This document shows positions 16,670-26,874 of a DNA stretch of 60,041 bases, piece by piece. The stretch comes from a virus. Taxonomy: Duplodnaviria > Caudoviricetes. Position numbers and translations under genes: made by a program. The notes below the pieces were generated by a model that was not told the DNA's origin, searched no databases, and worked only from the letters and a program-made list of their open reading frames with translations. The DNA lies in IMG/VR virus record IMGVR_UViG_3300036841_000070, positions 1 through 60,041 of that record, one strand, 5' to 3'. Position 1 is the stretch's first letter. Each line of letters begins with the position of its first letter.

Positions 16670-17224
16670 GTGCGGTTGCACTTTGAGGAAGGTGAGCGAG
16701 AACTGCTTACCGCCCGCCTTGGACTGGCCGATGACGCCGATGATACGGCGGTCGCTCAGGCTGTGGCGCAGTGGATGCAGGAGGAGCCGCAGAACTCAGA
16801 CGCGAGCAACCAGGATGACGACACGAACGCGAGCAGCAACATCGACGACGTCAACACCGACGACGGCGATGTGGTCATCGTGGACGTGACTGAGTTCCGG
16901 CGACTCCGTCAGAGGGACCGCGTGGCAGCTGAAGTCGAGGAGGCCACTCGGCGTCGTGACCGCGACGAGTTGATCGAGGAGGCTATCGCTGACGGCAAGT
17001 TTAGCCCTGGCCGGCGTGAGCACTATCGGACGCGCTTCGACAGCGATCCGGAAGGCACCACGACTCTGATCGCTCGCCTTACCAAGAACACTGTGCCGCT
17101 GGAAGCACGCGGCGCTGACGTTCCGACCGATGAGGTCGATCAGGACACGTACCCGAGGGACTGGGTGCCAGAGGTCGCAGCCCGAGCCAAGCGCGGTGAG
17201 AGCCGCGTTCACGGGGAGGACTGA
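16670..17224 (+). CDS. Scaffolding protein
   Basis: LGLADDAD, AIADGKFSP; acidic helical; upstream of capsid genes. Confidence 0.65.
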   Translation: MRLHFEEGERELLTARLGLADDADDTAVAQAVAQWMQEEPQNSDASNQDDDTNASSNIDDVNTDDGDVVIVDVTEFRRLRQRDRVAAEVEEATRRRDRDELIEEAIADGKFSPGRREHYRTRFDSDPEGTTTLIARLTKNTVPLEARGADVPTDEVDQDTYPRDWVPEVAARAKRGESRVHGED

Positions 17225-17226
17225 TC

Positions 17227-17652
17227 ATGGCTGAAGCAATCGCCTACTACGACCCCGGCGCAGATATCACCTGCCAGCATGTCAGCGGCAATGTCGGAGG
17301 CCGGTGCGTTGGCTGGCCGGCAAGCCGTCAGTCGGGTGGTCCGTCGGGCATTAGCGACTCGGGCCTTGGCGTCCTGGTCGTCGACAACCCGACGGCAAAC
17401 ACCTCAGTGTTCGGCGTCACTAGCCACGACGTGGCCGCAAACGGTTACGTCAACGTCATGCGGGCACCGAAGGTCGTGCCCATCGAATGCACGGCGGCTG
17501 TTGCAATTGGTGACCTCGTCACCACGGCAGCCGATGGTCGTGTCACCAAGTCGACAACTGGGCAGAACGCTGTCGGGCGCGCTTTGTCGGTTGGCGCAAC
17601 CGGCACGTTCGCTGCCATCCTTCTGTTCCCCTACGCCGTTACGGCACCGTAA
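17227..17652 (+). CDS. Capsid decoration/cement protein (DUF2190-like)
   Basis: FGV..D, AVAIGDLVTTAADGRV, VGRAL. Confidence 0.7.
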   Translation: MAEAIAYYDPGADITCQHVSGNVGGRCVGWPASRQSGGPSGISDSGLGVLVVDNPTANTSVFGVTSHDVAANGYVNVMRAPKVVPIECTAAVAIGDLVTTAADGRVTKSTTGQNAVGRALSVGATGTFAAILLFPYAVTAP

Positions 17653-17665
17653 GGAGGTGAAAGAA

Positions 17666-18721
17666 ATGTCAGTTATGGAAGCTACGTTCGACGAGATCAT
17701 GGAACACGCATACAACTCAGGGCCGCGTGTCCACTTCGAGCCGCAGTTCGTGGACCTGGGCGGGGGCTACTTCGCTCTGTCTGCCGGGCCAGAGATTCTG
17801 GCTAACACTCCGGCGCAGGTGGCGCACCCGCTCGGGCCGCCCACCATCTCCGGCACGAAGATCACTGTCGACACGATGCTGAATCAGCCGGTCCGGATCA
17901 CTCGCATGATCATGGACATGACTCTTCAGCGTTTCGTCGCTGACCGCATCTTCGCCTCTGGCGGAGGCGTCACTGGTGGCGCGGTCGTCTACGACTCTGT
18001 CGAGGCCAACGACCTCTACACGAGCCGAGACATCGAGCGTGTCGCGCCTGGCGCCGAGTTCCCGATCATCACGTCGGCTCGGCGTGCGCCCAATGTCGCT
18101 GAGGTCGAGAAGTGGGGCGGCAAGGTCTGGATCTCAGACGAAGCCCGCGACCGCAACGACAATACGCTGTTCACGAATCAGCTGCGGCAGCTCAGCAACA
18201 CGGTTGTGCGCAAGATCAACGCCCGTGCCCTTCAGGTTCTGGAGGCAATGTTCACGGCGTATCCGTCCAGGGTCGTCGTGTCGAAGTCGCAGGCCGTTGG
18301 CGGCTGGGATGCTGTCACGCCCTACGGTGGTACGCCGACCGCGCCTGGCGCATGGCCTGCCGCTGACTTCGCGATGGCGGCTGAGATTGCTGAGACCGAC
18401 GAACTCGGTATCAGGTACGACCTCTGGATCCTCAACCCCGGCAACTACACCGATCTGCTGCTGCTGTATGGCGGCGACGGTATCCAGGAACTGCTCTCAA
18501 CGCTCGGCCTGGAAATCTACGTGTCGAACCGCGTCACCCTTAACACGGCCTACGTCGTGGCACAGGGTCAGGTCGGTCAGATGCGGACGGAGCAGCCACT
18601 CGGCACGGAAACGTGGCGGGAGCCGAATCGCCAGCGCACTTGGGTCCAGGCCTCGGTGCGACCGCTGATGTTCGTCGACAATCGGTTCGCCGCTCTCAAG
18701 GTGACGAACCTCAAGGGTTAA
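17666..18721 (+). CDS. Major capsid protein
   Basis: AAGGAGGT RBS, highly biased codons, VAPGAEFP and KWGG HK97-fold motifs, position. Confidence 0.85.
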   Translation: MSVMEATFDEIMEHAYNSGPRVHFEPQFVDLGGGYFALSAGPEILANTPAQVAHPLGPPTISGTKITVDTMLNQPVRITRMIMDMTLQRFVADRIFASGGGVTGGAVVYDSVEANDLYTSRDIERVAPGAEFPIITSARRAPNVAEVEKWGGKVWISDEARDRNDNTLFTNQLRQLSNTVVRKINARALQVLEAMFTAYPSRVVVSKSQAVGGWDAVTPYGGTPTAPGAWPAADFAMAAEIAETDELGIRYDLWILNPGNYTDLLLLYGGDGIQELLSTLGLEIYVSNRVTLNTAYVVAQGQVGQMRTEQPLGTETWREPNRQRTWVQASVRPLMFVDNRFAALKVTNLKG

Positions 18722-18722
18722 C

Positions 18723-19253
18723 ATGAGCAACCCGGCCACAACTGAAGACCTCAAGCCCGTTAGGGTGAAGGTCCGCCAAGTGGATTACTTCACGAAGGCG
18801 ACTGACCCCTTGGGCCGCGAGGTTGATAGGATCGTGACGGCCTACGGTCCTGGATCGCCATTCCTGGATCCTGCTGAGCGCTCTGATCTAGAGTCTGGCA
18901 GCCAGGCCTACGCAGATGCCCTCAGCGACTTTCAGCATGGGCAGCTGATTATGGTCAGGCCGCAGGCTTACGTCGGTCTGATCGAGAGCGGTGCTGTGCG
19001 CGATGTCCAAACCGATGCGGAGGGTGAGGAGGTTGTCGAGGAAGAAGTCCTCCTTGACGTGAATACGGCTTCGGTCGATCAGCTTACAGAGTGGATCCGG
19101 GCTGAGCGGCCGACCGTCAACGACGTTGTGCAGGCAAGCGGAGGCGACCCCGATGTGGCGCAGAAGCTACTGGAAGCCGAATCGCAAGCCACCGATGGTG
19201 AACCACGTAAGGGCGTTTTGGAGGGCCTATCCGCCGTCATCTCTAGAGGCTAA
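18723..19253 (+). CDS. Hypothetical virion-associated protein
   Basis: C-terminal LLEAE...PRKGVLEGL motif often seen after the MCP. Confidence 0.6.
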   Translation: MSNPATTEDLKPVRVKVRQVDYFTKATDPLGREVDRIVTAYGPGSPFLDPAERSDLESGSQAYADALSDFQHGQLIMVRPQAYVGLIESGAVRDVQTDAEGEEVVEEEVLLDVNTASVDQLTEWIRAERPTVNDVVQASGGDPDVAQKLLEAESQATDGEPRKGVLEGLSAVISRG

Positions 19254-19258
19254 TGACT

Positions 19259-19302
19259 TGGGGGCCGGGCTGGCAGGATGTCTCCACTAGCACCGGCCCC
19301 CA
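19259..19302 (+). terminator. GC-rich stem-loop after capsid genes
   Basis: TGGGGGCCGG...CCGGCCCCCA; no clear U tract. Confidence 0.5.
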
Positions 19303-19311
19303 CCTACCGCT

Positions 19312-19809
19312 ATGACTATCCCCGTTGATTGCAGACCGACCACCGCCGACGTTGCGGCTTACATCAAGAACCGCACGGTTGACGACAATAACAACTTTAT
19401 TGGCGACTTCACGAATACGACTGTCGTTACGCAGTCTGAGGTTGACAGGATTATCAATCAAGCGGGCGAGATGGTCCTATCGGCGCTGCGTTACAACTCA
19501 ACGATATCACCACCGTTTCCGCCAGACAACGTGCCTGCCGTCAAAGCTTTGATTGCGCTCTTCAGCGCGTGCTGCGTTGAGGTTACAAAGTTCAGTGAGC
19601 AGATTGCTCGCCAGGTCAGCCCGTATCCGTACCTCAAGGATATGTTCGACGGGATGCTCAGCCAGAAGCAGGCCGACCTCGGCATTATGCCACCAGCCGG
19701 CAGTGGTGGGAGTAGTCTGAGCCTAACCGATCTGATAGCTAGTCAGTACGGCTTGGCTCAATATCAATTCCCAACTGACCCGATGGTCAACTGGAATACC
19801 GCGTTCTGA
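19312..19809 (+). CDS. Head-to-tail adaptor
   Basis: RPTTADVA...RT...GDFT..T pattern of actinophage adaptors; position. Confidence 0.65.
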   Translation: MTIPVDCRPTTADVAAYIKNRTVDDNNNFIGDFTNTTVVTQSEVDRIINQAGEMVLSALRYNSTISPPFPPDNVPAVKALIALFSACCVEVTKFSEQIARQVSPYPYLKDMFDGMLSQKQADLGIMPPAGSGGSSLSLTDLIASQYGLAQYQFPTDPMVNWNTAF

Positions 19810-20336
19810 TGCCTTTCATCGTTCCAGAAAGGCGCATCGAGGATATGGCTTACCATATCGAGGTCTTTGGCGAGCGAGCCGAGCACCTCAAGCCTGTCCT
19901 TGAAGATATCACGGATAAGATTCTGGAACGCGAGCGCCATATGTTCGAGACACATGGTGCGAGCAGTGGTGTATACTGGGCACCACTTAAGGCGACGACC
20001 ATCTTGCGCAAGGGTGGCGGAACTGCTAAGCGGCGTGGCGGTCGCATTACAAGCACAGGTGGCGCACCCGCTTTTGAAGCGATTCCGTTCCCAGAGCGCC
20101 CGCTTTGGCGATTTGGCGAACTGATGCTAAGCTTGTCGGAGCGCGGTGCTAAGTATCAGCACCTCACGGTCGATGATGAAGGAATTGATCTCCGCACCGA
20201 TCACCCATCGGCTAGCTATCACACTACGGGCACACGGCGGATGCCAGCGCGACCGCCTTTGGTGATTCCCAAGAAGCACGCTGAGGAGTACACCAAAGAC
20301 ATAAACGACTTCATATTCGGAGAGCGTCATGAGTAA
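19809..20336 (+). CDS. Virion morphogenesis / tail completion protein (Mu gpG-like)
   Basis: WAPLK..T, YH..GT.RMPARP. Confidence 0.75.
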   Translation: MPFIVPERRIEDMAYHIEVFGERAEHLKPVLEDITDKILERERHMFETHGASSGVYWAPLKATTILRKGGGTAKRRGGRITSTGGAPAFEAIPFPERPLWRFGELMLSLSERGAKYQHLTVDDEGIDLRTDHPSASYHTTGTRRMPARPPLVIPKKHAEEYTKDINDFIFGERHE

Positions 20337-20946
20337 CATGATAGCGTTCTCCGACATCGAGGATCGAGTCCTCGCTCATTACAAGTACTGGATGAATACC
20401 TGGCTCCTTCAACGCGAGCAGTCTGTCGGTCTAGACTACTACACAATTGCGAGGCCGCGCAGCTATCGGGTCAAGCAGGCGTTCTCCGTGCTCCCTGGGG
20501 AGGAGCAGACACCTATTGTAATCGCTGTCTCCGACGGTTTCGCGGAGCAACCCGTCCGGAGAGGCTCGGGCGACTATGACAGCCTGTTACGGTTTGGGAT
20601 TGCGGCCGTATGTTATGGCAACGAAGGCTCCTCCAGAGAGCTATGTGGCCATTATCAGTCTGCGCTTCTGAATATCGCAATCCAACATACTAAGATTGAT
20701 GACAGCATCGCGCTCTGGGACTTCATTAATCTACGAATTGAGGACATCGACGAGGAAGCCATCGGTAGGTCAATGTCGGCAGTCAGGATTGAGCTATTAT
20801 ACAGGGTTAACGCTTTCGTGTCGGTGGCCCAGGCTCTGCCGGTACACGTTCCCGATGGTGCAGTTCCTGTGCCACCTGTTGAGCATGATGTCGAGCACGT
20901 CTTTGTTAACGCCGACCTGTACAAACCAGACGAGGAGTTTCCTTAG
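20329..20946 (+). CDS. Probable tail terminator
   Basis: Position between neck genes and sheath. Confidence 0.5.
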   Translation: MSNMIAFSDIEDRVLAHYKYWMNTWLLQREQSVGLDYYTIARPRSYRVKQAFSVLPGEEQTPIVIAVSDGFAEQPVRRGSGDYDSLLRFGIAAVCYGNEGSSRELCGHYQSALLNIAIQHTKIDDSIALWDFINLRIEDIDEEAIGRSMSAVRIELLYRVNAFVSVAQALPVHVPDGAVPVPPVEHDVEHVFVNADLYKPDEEFP

Positions 20947-21141
20947 TTGACTGATTACGTTGCCCCAATTGATGCCAGCGAGTATGTTCTGGCAGACGGA
21001 AGGATCGTCGTTCCTGGCGAGTCCGTGGATCTCTCGGACAGCGATGTTGATGAGCCGCACAACAAGCGTCTGATCGAAAGCGGACAGCTGATCGAAGTGA
21101 ATGATACAAAGTCCTCAAAGAAGAAGAAGGAGGATTCATGA
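20947..21141 (+). CDS. Small hypothetical protein
   Basis: Typical small gene preceding sheath; LIESGQL. Confidence 0.55.
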   Translation: MTDYVAPIDASEYVLADGRIVVPGESVDLSDSDVDEPHNKRLIESGQLIEVNDTKSSKKKKEDS

Positions 21142-22625
21142 GGCCAGGCGTCAATGTAACGACGCGTGAGTCTGCCCCGCCCAGCACTATCCCAACTGAC
21201 GTTGGCACCGGCTTCATGGTCGGCGTTGCCGAGGCTGGGCCGATGCAGCCTGTCTCGGGAGATGTTGTCCAGAACATGGACGAGTACAAGACTGTATTCG
21301 CTCCCAGTGGACGCAGCTACGCCGCCGGTGTCGCGACATACGATGCCGCTGAGACGTTTTTCAACGAAGGCGGCAACCGTCTGTTCGTGGGTCGTGTGGT
21401 GGGTCCGGCCGCAGTCGCCGCCACTATCACCCTTCCCGACAACGCGGCGGCGGTCGCTCTCACTGCTACGGCTAACAGCCCTGGTAGCTGGGGCAACAAC
21501 GTCCACATCGAAGTTCGGACTAACACTGAAGATCCCAACATCGCTTCAGGAAGCTATCGGCTTCGTGTCGTGCGGACTTCCGACAGCTTGATCCTAGAGG
21601 AGAGCTACGATCTGGTCGATAACACGGCTGCTCTGTCATGGGCAGCTGGCAGCGGCTACATCAATCTAGCTGCTGGCGTGTCGGCTTTGGACCCGGCAGC
21701 CGGGTCATACGCACTAGCTGGCGGAACTAACGACACTCCGAGTATTACCAATACGAGTTGGCAGAATGCGCTCAACAATCTGGGCACTGGCCTCGGCCCT
21801 GGAATTCTGTTCCTGCCCGGTGTGACGACTCCTGCCATCTACAATATGGCTGCTGAGGCGGCGCGCGTGCAGTATCGTGTGGTGTTCCTCGATGCCGCTG
21901 ACACGCCGACGGCGAGCACCTTGATCGCAACCGTCAAGGGTATCGTCGATGGCACAAACAAGCGGGCGCGGTTCGCGGCGCTGTTCGCTCCCTGGATCAA
22001 CATTCCGGGTTTGGCATCGAACACGGTGCGCAAGATCGCGCCAAGCTCTGCCGTCGCGGGTCTGTTCTGTCGCAATATGGCAGCCGGTCTGTCGGCTAAC
22101 GATCCGGCCGCTGGCGATAACGGTGTGCTGCGCACGGCGCTCGATCTCACTCAGGTTTACACGGACTCCGACCGTGAGGACCTGAACGACAACGGCGTCG
22201 ATATCATCCGCGATATGTACGGCCAGCGCAAGGTCTATGGCTGGCGCACGGTTGTGGACCCAATTGGCGACCCGCGTTGGATCAATCTCGGCAACAGCAT
22301 CATGCACCGCCAGATCGTGGCGATTGCCGGTGCGGTTGGCGAGCGATTCATCTTCAAGCAGATCGATGGCAAGGGCCAGCTGATCAGTAGCTTCGGCGCA
22401 GCCCTTGAGGCAGAGGTCTGTATGCCTCTGTTCATGTCGGGCAGTCTGTTCGGTGACTCGACGACTGAGGCGTACAAGGTCGATGTCGGGCCGAGCGTTA
22501 ACACGAATGCGACAATCGCTGCCAACGAGTTGCACGCGATCATCGCAGTTAAGATGTCGCCGTTCGGAGAGCAAGTCAACATCGAAATCGTCAAGTACCT
22601 CGTGACTGACGTTATCCCAGCGTAA
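21138..22625 (+). CDS. Contractile tail sheath protein
   Basis: MRPGVNV, FFNEGG..LFVGRV, SPGSWGN, APS..VAG, LN..GV..IR, VYGWRT. Confidence 0.93.
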   Translation: MRPGVNVTTRESAPPSTIPTDVGTGFMVGVAEAGPMQPVSGDVVQNMDEYKTVFAPSGRSYAAGVATYDAAETFFNEGGNRLFVGRVVGPAAVAATITLPDNAAAVALTATANSPGSWGNNVHIEVRTNTEDPNIASGSYRLRVVRTSDSLILEESYDLVDNTAALSWAAGSGYINLAAGVSALDPAAGSYALAGGTNDTPSITNTSWQNALNNLGTGLGPGILFLPGVTTPAIYNMAAEAARVQYRVVFLDAADTPTASTLIATVKGIVDGTNKRARFAALFAPWINIPGLASNTVRKIAPSSAVAGLFCRNMAAGLSANDPAAGDNGVLRTALDLTQVYTDSDREDLNDNGVDIIRDMYGQRKVYGWRTVVDPIGDPRWINLGNSIMHRQIVAIAGAVGERFIFKQIDGKGQLISSFGAALEAEVCMPLFMSGSLFGDSTTEAYKVDVGPSVNTNATIAANELHAIIAVKMSPFGEQVNIEIVKYLVTDVIPA

Positions 22626-22634
22626 GGAGAAAGG

Positions 22635-23078
22635 ATGGATCCAAGAGGAACAGTTGGCGTTCGCCAGAACGATATCAACGTCACCGTTACGTACAAGGGC
22701 GTAGTTAAAGACCTTGGTACATTCGATACTTGGTCTGGCGGAAACGTCACTGCTGATAACACCAAGCATCGTCGCGGCGCGATGGGCCAGCAGGTGGCTA
22801 TCGGCGGCCCTGTGACGATTGAGGATCTCACGGTCAGCCGGGACTACGATCTGACTCGTGATAACCCGAACGGCAAGTGGCTGGCAGACGCAGTTGGCCG
22901 TGCCCAGGTCACAGCAACGAAGCATTACAAGGATGCCGATGGAATCAACTTCGGCAAGTACACTCAGATCAGCGGCGTGCTGATCGGGTACAATGAGCCG
23001 GGTGCCGATTCGGACTCGGCCGATGTCGCAATGTTCGAACTCGTCATCAACCCTGACGGAGTTGTCGGGAGCGGCTAA
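22635..23078 (+). CDS. Tail tube protein
   Basis: Follows sheath; FDTWSGG, LTVSR.Y, DSDS. Confidence 0.8.
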   Translation: MDPRGTVGVRQNDINVTVTYKGVVKDLGTFDTWSGGNVTADNTKHRRGAMGQQVAIGGPVTIEDLTVSRDYDLTRDNPNGKWLADAVGRAQVTATKHYKDADGINFGKYTQISGVLIGYNEPGADSDSADVAMFELVINPDGVVGSG

Positions 23079-23626
23079 TGTCTGAAGAAATGGGAGGAAT
23101 CGGAACAGCGCTCGGTAACGCTCGTGGCTTGTCGCTTCTCCAAGATGCGGAGAAGCGACGGGCTGAGCGGGAGCATAGCCTGTTCCTTGATGTGCCGACT
23201 TGGGGCGGCGATCTGGTATGTGAGTACCGGGTAGTTGCACCAGAGGCATTGCGGCGAATTGTCGAGAGCGCAGTCAGGAATGTGCGCAACGGCAACACAG
23301 ATGAGCCATCGGCCAACGATGTTCGGTTAATCATTGCCGCTGCTGTCGGATTGTATGCAAAGGATCCAGAAACCGGCGAGCGCGTCCCCATCGAGGACGA
23401 GCAAGGCCACGTTGGCTATAACAGAATTGCCTACATGCTCGGCAAGGAGGATGAGCTAAAGTCCAACGCAGATGTAGTTCGGTATTTGATGTCGGAGCGA
23501 AATGAGGACGGCACCTGGACAGAGAACATTACAGCAATTAGCATCCATGCCAACGCTATTAGCAACTGGATGCGCGACCCCAGCAAGCGCGGCGTTGACT
23601 TGGATGATCTAATGGGGGAATTCTAG
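23078..23626 (+). CDS. Tail assembly chaperone (G)
   Basis: Between tube and tape measure; ends at slippery GGGGGAA. Confidence 0.75.
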   Translation: MSEEMGGIGTALGNARGLSLLQDAEKRRAEREHSLFLDVPTWGGDLVCEYRVVAPEALRRIVESAVRNVRNGNTDEPSANDVRLIIAAAVGLYAKDPETGERVPIEDEQGHVGYNRIAYMLGKEDELKSNADVVRYLMSERNEDGTWTENITAISIHANAISNWMRDPSKRGVDLDDLMGEF

Positions 23627-23847
23627 GCAGCAAGGGCCTGAGCATTGACTTCTTGGCAGTGGCATCTTTGGTTGGTATTAATCCGCAGGCTTTCCTTCAT
23701 GCCGATGAGATTGAAGTCAGATGCCTAACCCTTGTTGCGGAAAAGGCAATGGAGTATCACCAGATATCGCAGCAGAATCAAGCAGCCCTAATCATACAGT
23801 TTCTGGCTAAGGCACTAGGCACAGACAAAAAGCAACGTGGCGTTTAG
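23614..23847 (+). CDS. Tail assembly chaperone -1 frameshift extension (GT)
   Basis: G GGG GAA at 23614-23620; -1 frame open to 23847. Confidence 0.7.
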   Translation, partial: GGILGSKGLSIDFLAVASLVGINPQAFLHADEIEVRCLTLVAEKAMEYHQISQQNQAALIIQFLAKALGTDKKQRGV

Positions 23848-26032
23848 AGAATCCATAGAAGCAGTCCTGAAGGTCAAGGACGCTGCACGCTTCAAGGCAG
23901 CTATGGAAGGTGCTGCCAAGGCGGTGCGCCACCTTGGCGCTATGGAGGAACACGCGGCGGCGCAGACCGAGCTACTGGAGGCTCTTGAGCGTAGACTGAA
24001 GAAGCAGAGCGAGGAGCTAACTGTAACACTAACGGCTCTGTCGCACTCTGTTGATAACCTTGGCGACCAGATGTTACAGACAGCTGGTAAGACCGAGGTA
24101 ATGAACCGTGTGATGAAGAAGTCAGGGACCAATGCCTTCTTCTTGGGTAAGTCGTGGGCTTTCTGGAAGGATCGTCTGAGCCTAACTCGCTCTGAGATTC
24201 TCACGACTGCGATCACTATTGGCTCGTATTTCACGCCGGCCATCATCTCGATGGGGTCGAGCTTCGCTAACGCGGCCATCGGCGGCGGTGCTGTTGCCGG
24301 GGCCGGTCTGTCGAGCTTGCTCTTTGGTCTAGGGTCATTCCTTCTTGTTGCCAAGCCTGTGGTTAGCAACATTAAGGCTATCTGGAAGGCACAGAGCGAG
24401 TACAACCAAGCCGTTCAGCAGTACGGCGCATCATCTGTGCAGGCTAGCCGTCAGAACGCGCATTTGTACGGAGTCATGAAGACGCATGGTGGTCCGGCGA
24501 TTCTTCAGTTGACAAATTCATTCCGTGCGCTGCGTCGTGAATGGAATAAGCAGACGGCTCCAGCACAGAAGAGCGTGATTGGTATTCTAGGCGACACTAT
24601 GAGTACCGGCAAGGTGTTGCTGCCGCAGGTGGCACAGCAGACCAATCAGATGGTAGGTGCTCTGCGGACGGCACTTCATAAGGGTCTGGGCACACTCATC
24701 AGCGGGCCTAGCGGTGGTGAGTTTCGCAACACGCTGCGCGTTTTGGGTGACACCTTTAAGAAGTCAATCGGCCCAGGCGTTCACGGCGTAACGAATATGA
24801 TCCAGTTCCTGGGCAGGGTCATTAGGGCAGCAGCCCCTTGGGTCGTGAAACTATCAAAGGCTTGGGAGGCTTGGACAGAGAGCCTAGTCAGAAGGTCGTC
24901 CAATCAGAAGAGTGTAGAGAAGTTCATTAATAACGCTGTCAAGAGTTTCAAGCTTTGGTGGGGATTGCTGAAGGCTATCGGCCAGACTTTCAAGATCATC
25001 TTTGGAGCGAGCAAGGACGAGGGCGATAAGGTCGTTGTTGTTCTAACAAAGGGCGTCAAGGCTCTTAATCAATGGTTGCAAGCTTTGAAGGATCGCGGCT
25101 CAATCAAGCGATTCTTTGATGATTGGAATAAATCAGTATCTGTTCTTTGGGATACTTTCAAGAACGCCGTTGAGCACCCCGAGACAATTCTGCCTAATGT
25201 CTTGCGGGCTATTGACTACCTCGCTCCTATCATAATGACGCACATAGGCAATGCGATAGCAGTCACAGGTCCAGTAGCTGCGGAGCACTTTATCAAGGCA
25301 TTTTTGAATGCGGGTGCCTGGGCGAAGTTCTTTGTGGTAGGTTACTTCTTGAAGAAGTTTGGGTTCTTCGGATTCTTGGGAAGACAAATTGGCGAGAAGT
25401 TTGTCGGACCATTTATCAAGGCTTTCACTAGATCGTTTATTGCTATGATCAGTACCGAAATGGCTGCTGAGGGAGCCATCAGCAGTCAGATGAGTAGGGC
25501 CGGTACTTTCCTTGGCGGGAAGTTTGGGCTTGCATTCAAGATCGCAGCCGTTCCGCTTCTGATCGCGGCGGGGGTTGAGTTCAATAAGTGGCTACAGAAA
25601 CAGCAGTGGTTTAAAGACTTCATCAATATGGTCAATAAGCATACAGCAGGCCATCAGGGAGGCTCCAGTCTTAAGACTCTTCTCACAGGACACATTTGGG
25701 ATTACCCAAAGGGCTTCTGGCAGGCGCTGAAGGGTTTTGCTGATGCTCTAGGACAAGCTGGTAGCCAGCTGGCACCTAGAACACACGCTCTTGGCGGAAC
25801 AATCGCACCGGGGTCGATGGGTATTGTGGGCGAGGCCGGGCCAGAGTTGGCTTTCGCTTCAGGAGCCGGTACGCAGATCAGACCGCTCCCCGGCATGAAC
25901 CCTATCACGAGTATGCCGCACATCTCAGGTGCTTTCGAGCTAACTGTGCATTCATCGGTTGTTGTTGACCGTCGTGAAATAGCCAGAGCGGTTTCGACTG
26001 AGCGCGCTTATGTGAAGGCGCGGCGTAGCTGA
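23837..26032 (+). CDS. Tape measure protein
   Basis: Long Ala/Gly helical ORF with hydrophobic segments; VGEAGPEL and VVDRREIA near the C-terminus. Confidence 0.85.
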   Translation: MAFRESIEAVLKVKDAARFKAAMEGAAKAVRHLGAMEEHAAAQTELLEALERRLKKQSEELTVTLTALSHSVDNLGDQMLQTAGKTEVMNRVMKKSGTNAFFLGKSWAFWKDRLSLTRSEILTTAITIGSYFTPAIISMGSSFANAAIGGGAVAGAGLSSLLFGLGSFLLVAKPVVSNIKAIWKAQSEYNQAVQQYGASSVQASRQNAHLYGVMKTHGGPAILQLTNSFRALRREWNKQTAPAQKSVIGILGDTMSTGKVLLPQVAQQTNQMVGALRTALHKGLGTLISGPSGGEFRNTLRVLGDTFKKSIGPGVHGVTNMIQFLGRVIRAAAPWVVKLSKAWEAWTESLVRRSSNQKSVEKFINNAVKSFKLWWGLLKAIGQTFKIIFGASKDEGDKVVVVLTKGVKALNQWLQALKDRGSIKRFFDDWNKSVSVLWDTFKNAVEHPETILPNVLRAIDYLAPIIMTHIGNAIAVTGPVAAEHFIKAFLNAGAWAKFFVVGYFLKKFGFFGFLGRQIGEKFVGPFIKAFTRSFIAMISTEMAAEGAISSQMSRAGTFLGGKFGLAFKIAAVPLLIAAGVEFNKWLQKQQWFKDFINMVNKHTAGHQGGSSLKTLLTGHIWDYPKGFWQALKGFADALGQAGSQLAPRTHALGGTIAPGSMGIVGEAGPELAFASGAGTQIRPLPGMNPITSMPHISGAFELTVHSSVVVDRREIARAVSTERAYVKARRS

Positions 26033-26874
26033 TGACTGGTTGGCGACCATACACCGGGTTCTACGGCCATAGCACATTGCGTGGGTTGGGCAAGAAGAAG
26101 CCCAAGCCTAAGCCGAAGCCTGGCGGGCCAATCGCCACTACGAACCCGCCCAAGGGCGCCAACCAGGGCGTGCCTAAGCCTGGGACTCGGGTTTTCAGTC
26201 CTGACTTTACAATCACTAGTCTCGATGATGGTACCGTATTTGTAGCTAACTTCGGCGATGGCCCAGCCATCGTTGTTGATGGCTACGGTGGCTGGCAGGT
26301 TGTTAGTCGCCCAAAGGACATCGGCCTTGTAGAGTGGCAAGGGCGCAACCCGATGTCAATTGAGATTCCATTCCTGATAGACTTTTGGACGTATCCTGAT
26401 CCTGACACAAGTGGAGGCATCTTGTGCGAGCAGCAGGTGTCACATATCGAGAGGCTATGTGGTATTGGTAGTCATAGCCAGCCGCCGATCTGCAAGGTTG
26501 ATGCCACAGGGACTATCCCCTATGACAAAACGATCGCTCCTGGCTTAGACTGGGTAGTCGAGTCACTTTCCTGGGACAAGGCCATCGAGATTCGCAACTC
26601 CAATACTGGTAGGCGACTGCGCTGCGGTGGCACGGTCACGATCAGGCAGTTCGTACAAGAGACTTCTGTGTTGCGTAAGATCGGTCCCAAGTCACGAGCA
26701 GTCAAGCCCAAGATTTACATTGTCAAGAAAGGTGACAATCTGAAGAAGATTGCCGCCAAGAAGTCGATTTATGGCGATGCGAATAAGTGGAAGTGGATTG
26801 CTGACGCTAATCACATACGCGACCCGCGTGCTCTGTATATAGGCAGGCGGCTCATCATACCGATGTACAAATGA
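26032..26874 (+). CDS. LysM-domain baseplate/tube initiator protein
   Basis: C-terminal YIVKKGDNLKKIA...IADAN.I.DP..L..G..LIIP. Confidence 0.85.
   Translation: MTGWRPYTGFYGHSTLRGLGKKKPKPKPKPGGPIATTNPPKGANQGVPKPGTRVFSPDFTITSLDDGTVFVANFGDGPAIVVDGYGGWQVVSRPKDIGLVEWQGRNPMSIEIPFLIDFWTYPDPDTSGGILCEQQVSHIERLCGIGSHSQPPICKVDATGTIPYDKTIAPGLDWVVESLSWDKAIEIRNSNTGRRLRCGGTVTIRQFVQETSVLRKIGPKSRAVKPKIYIVKKGDNLKKIAAKKSIYGDANKWKWIADANHIRDPRALYIGRRLIIPMYK

Noticed and set aside
21714-23249. 511-aa - strand ORF
   Set aside because: Antisense shadow of the sheath and tube genes
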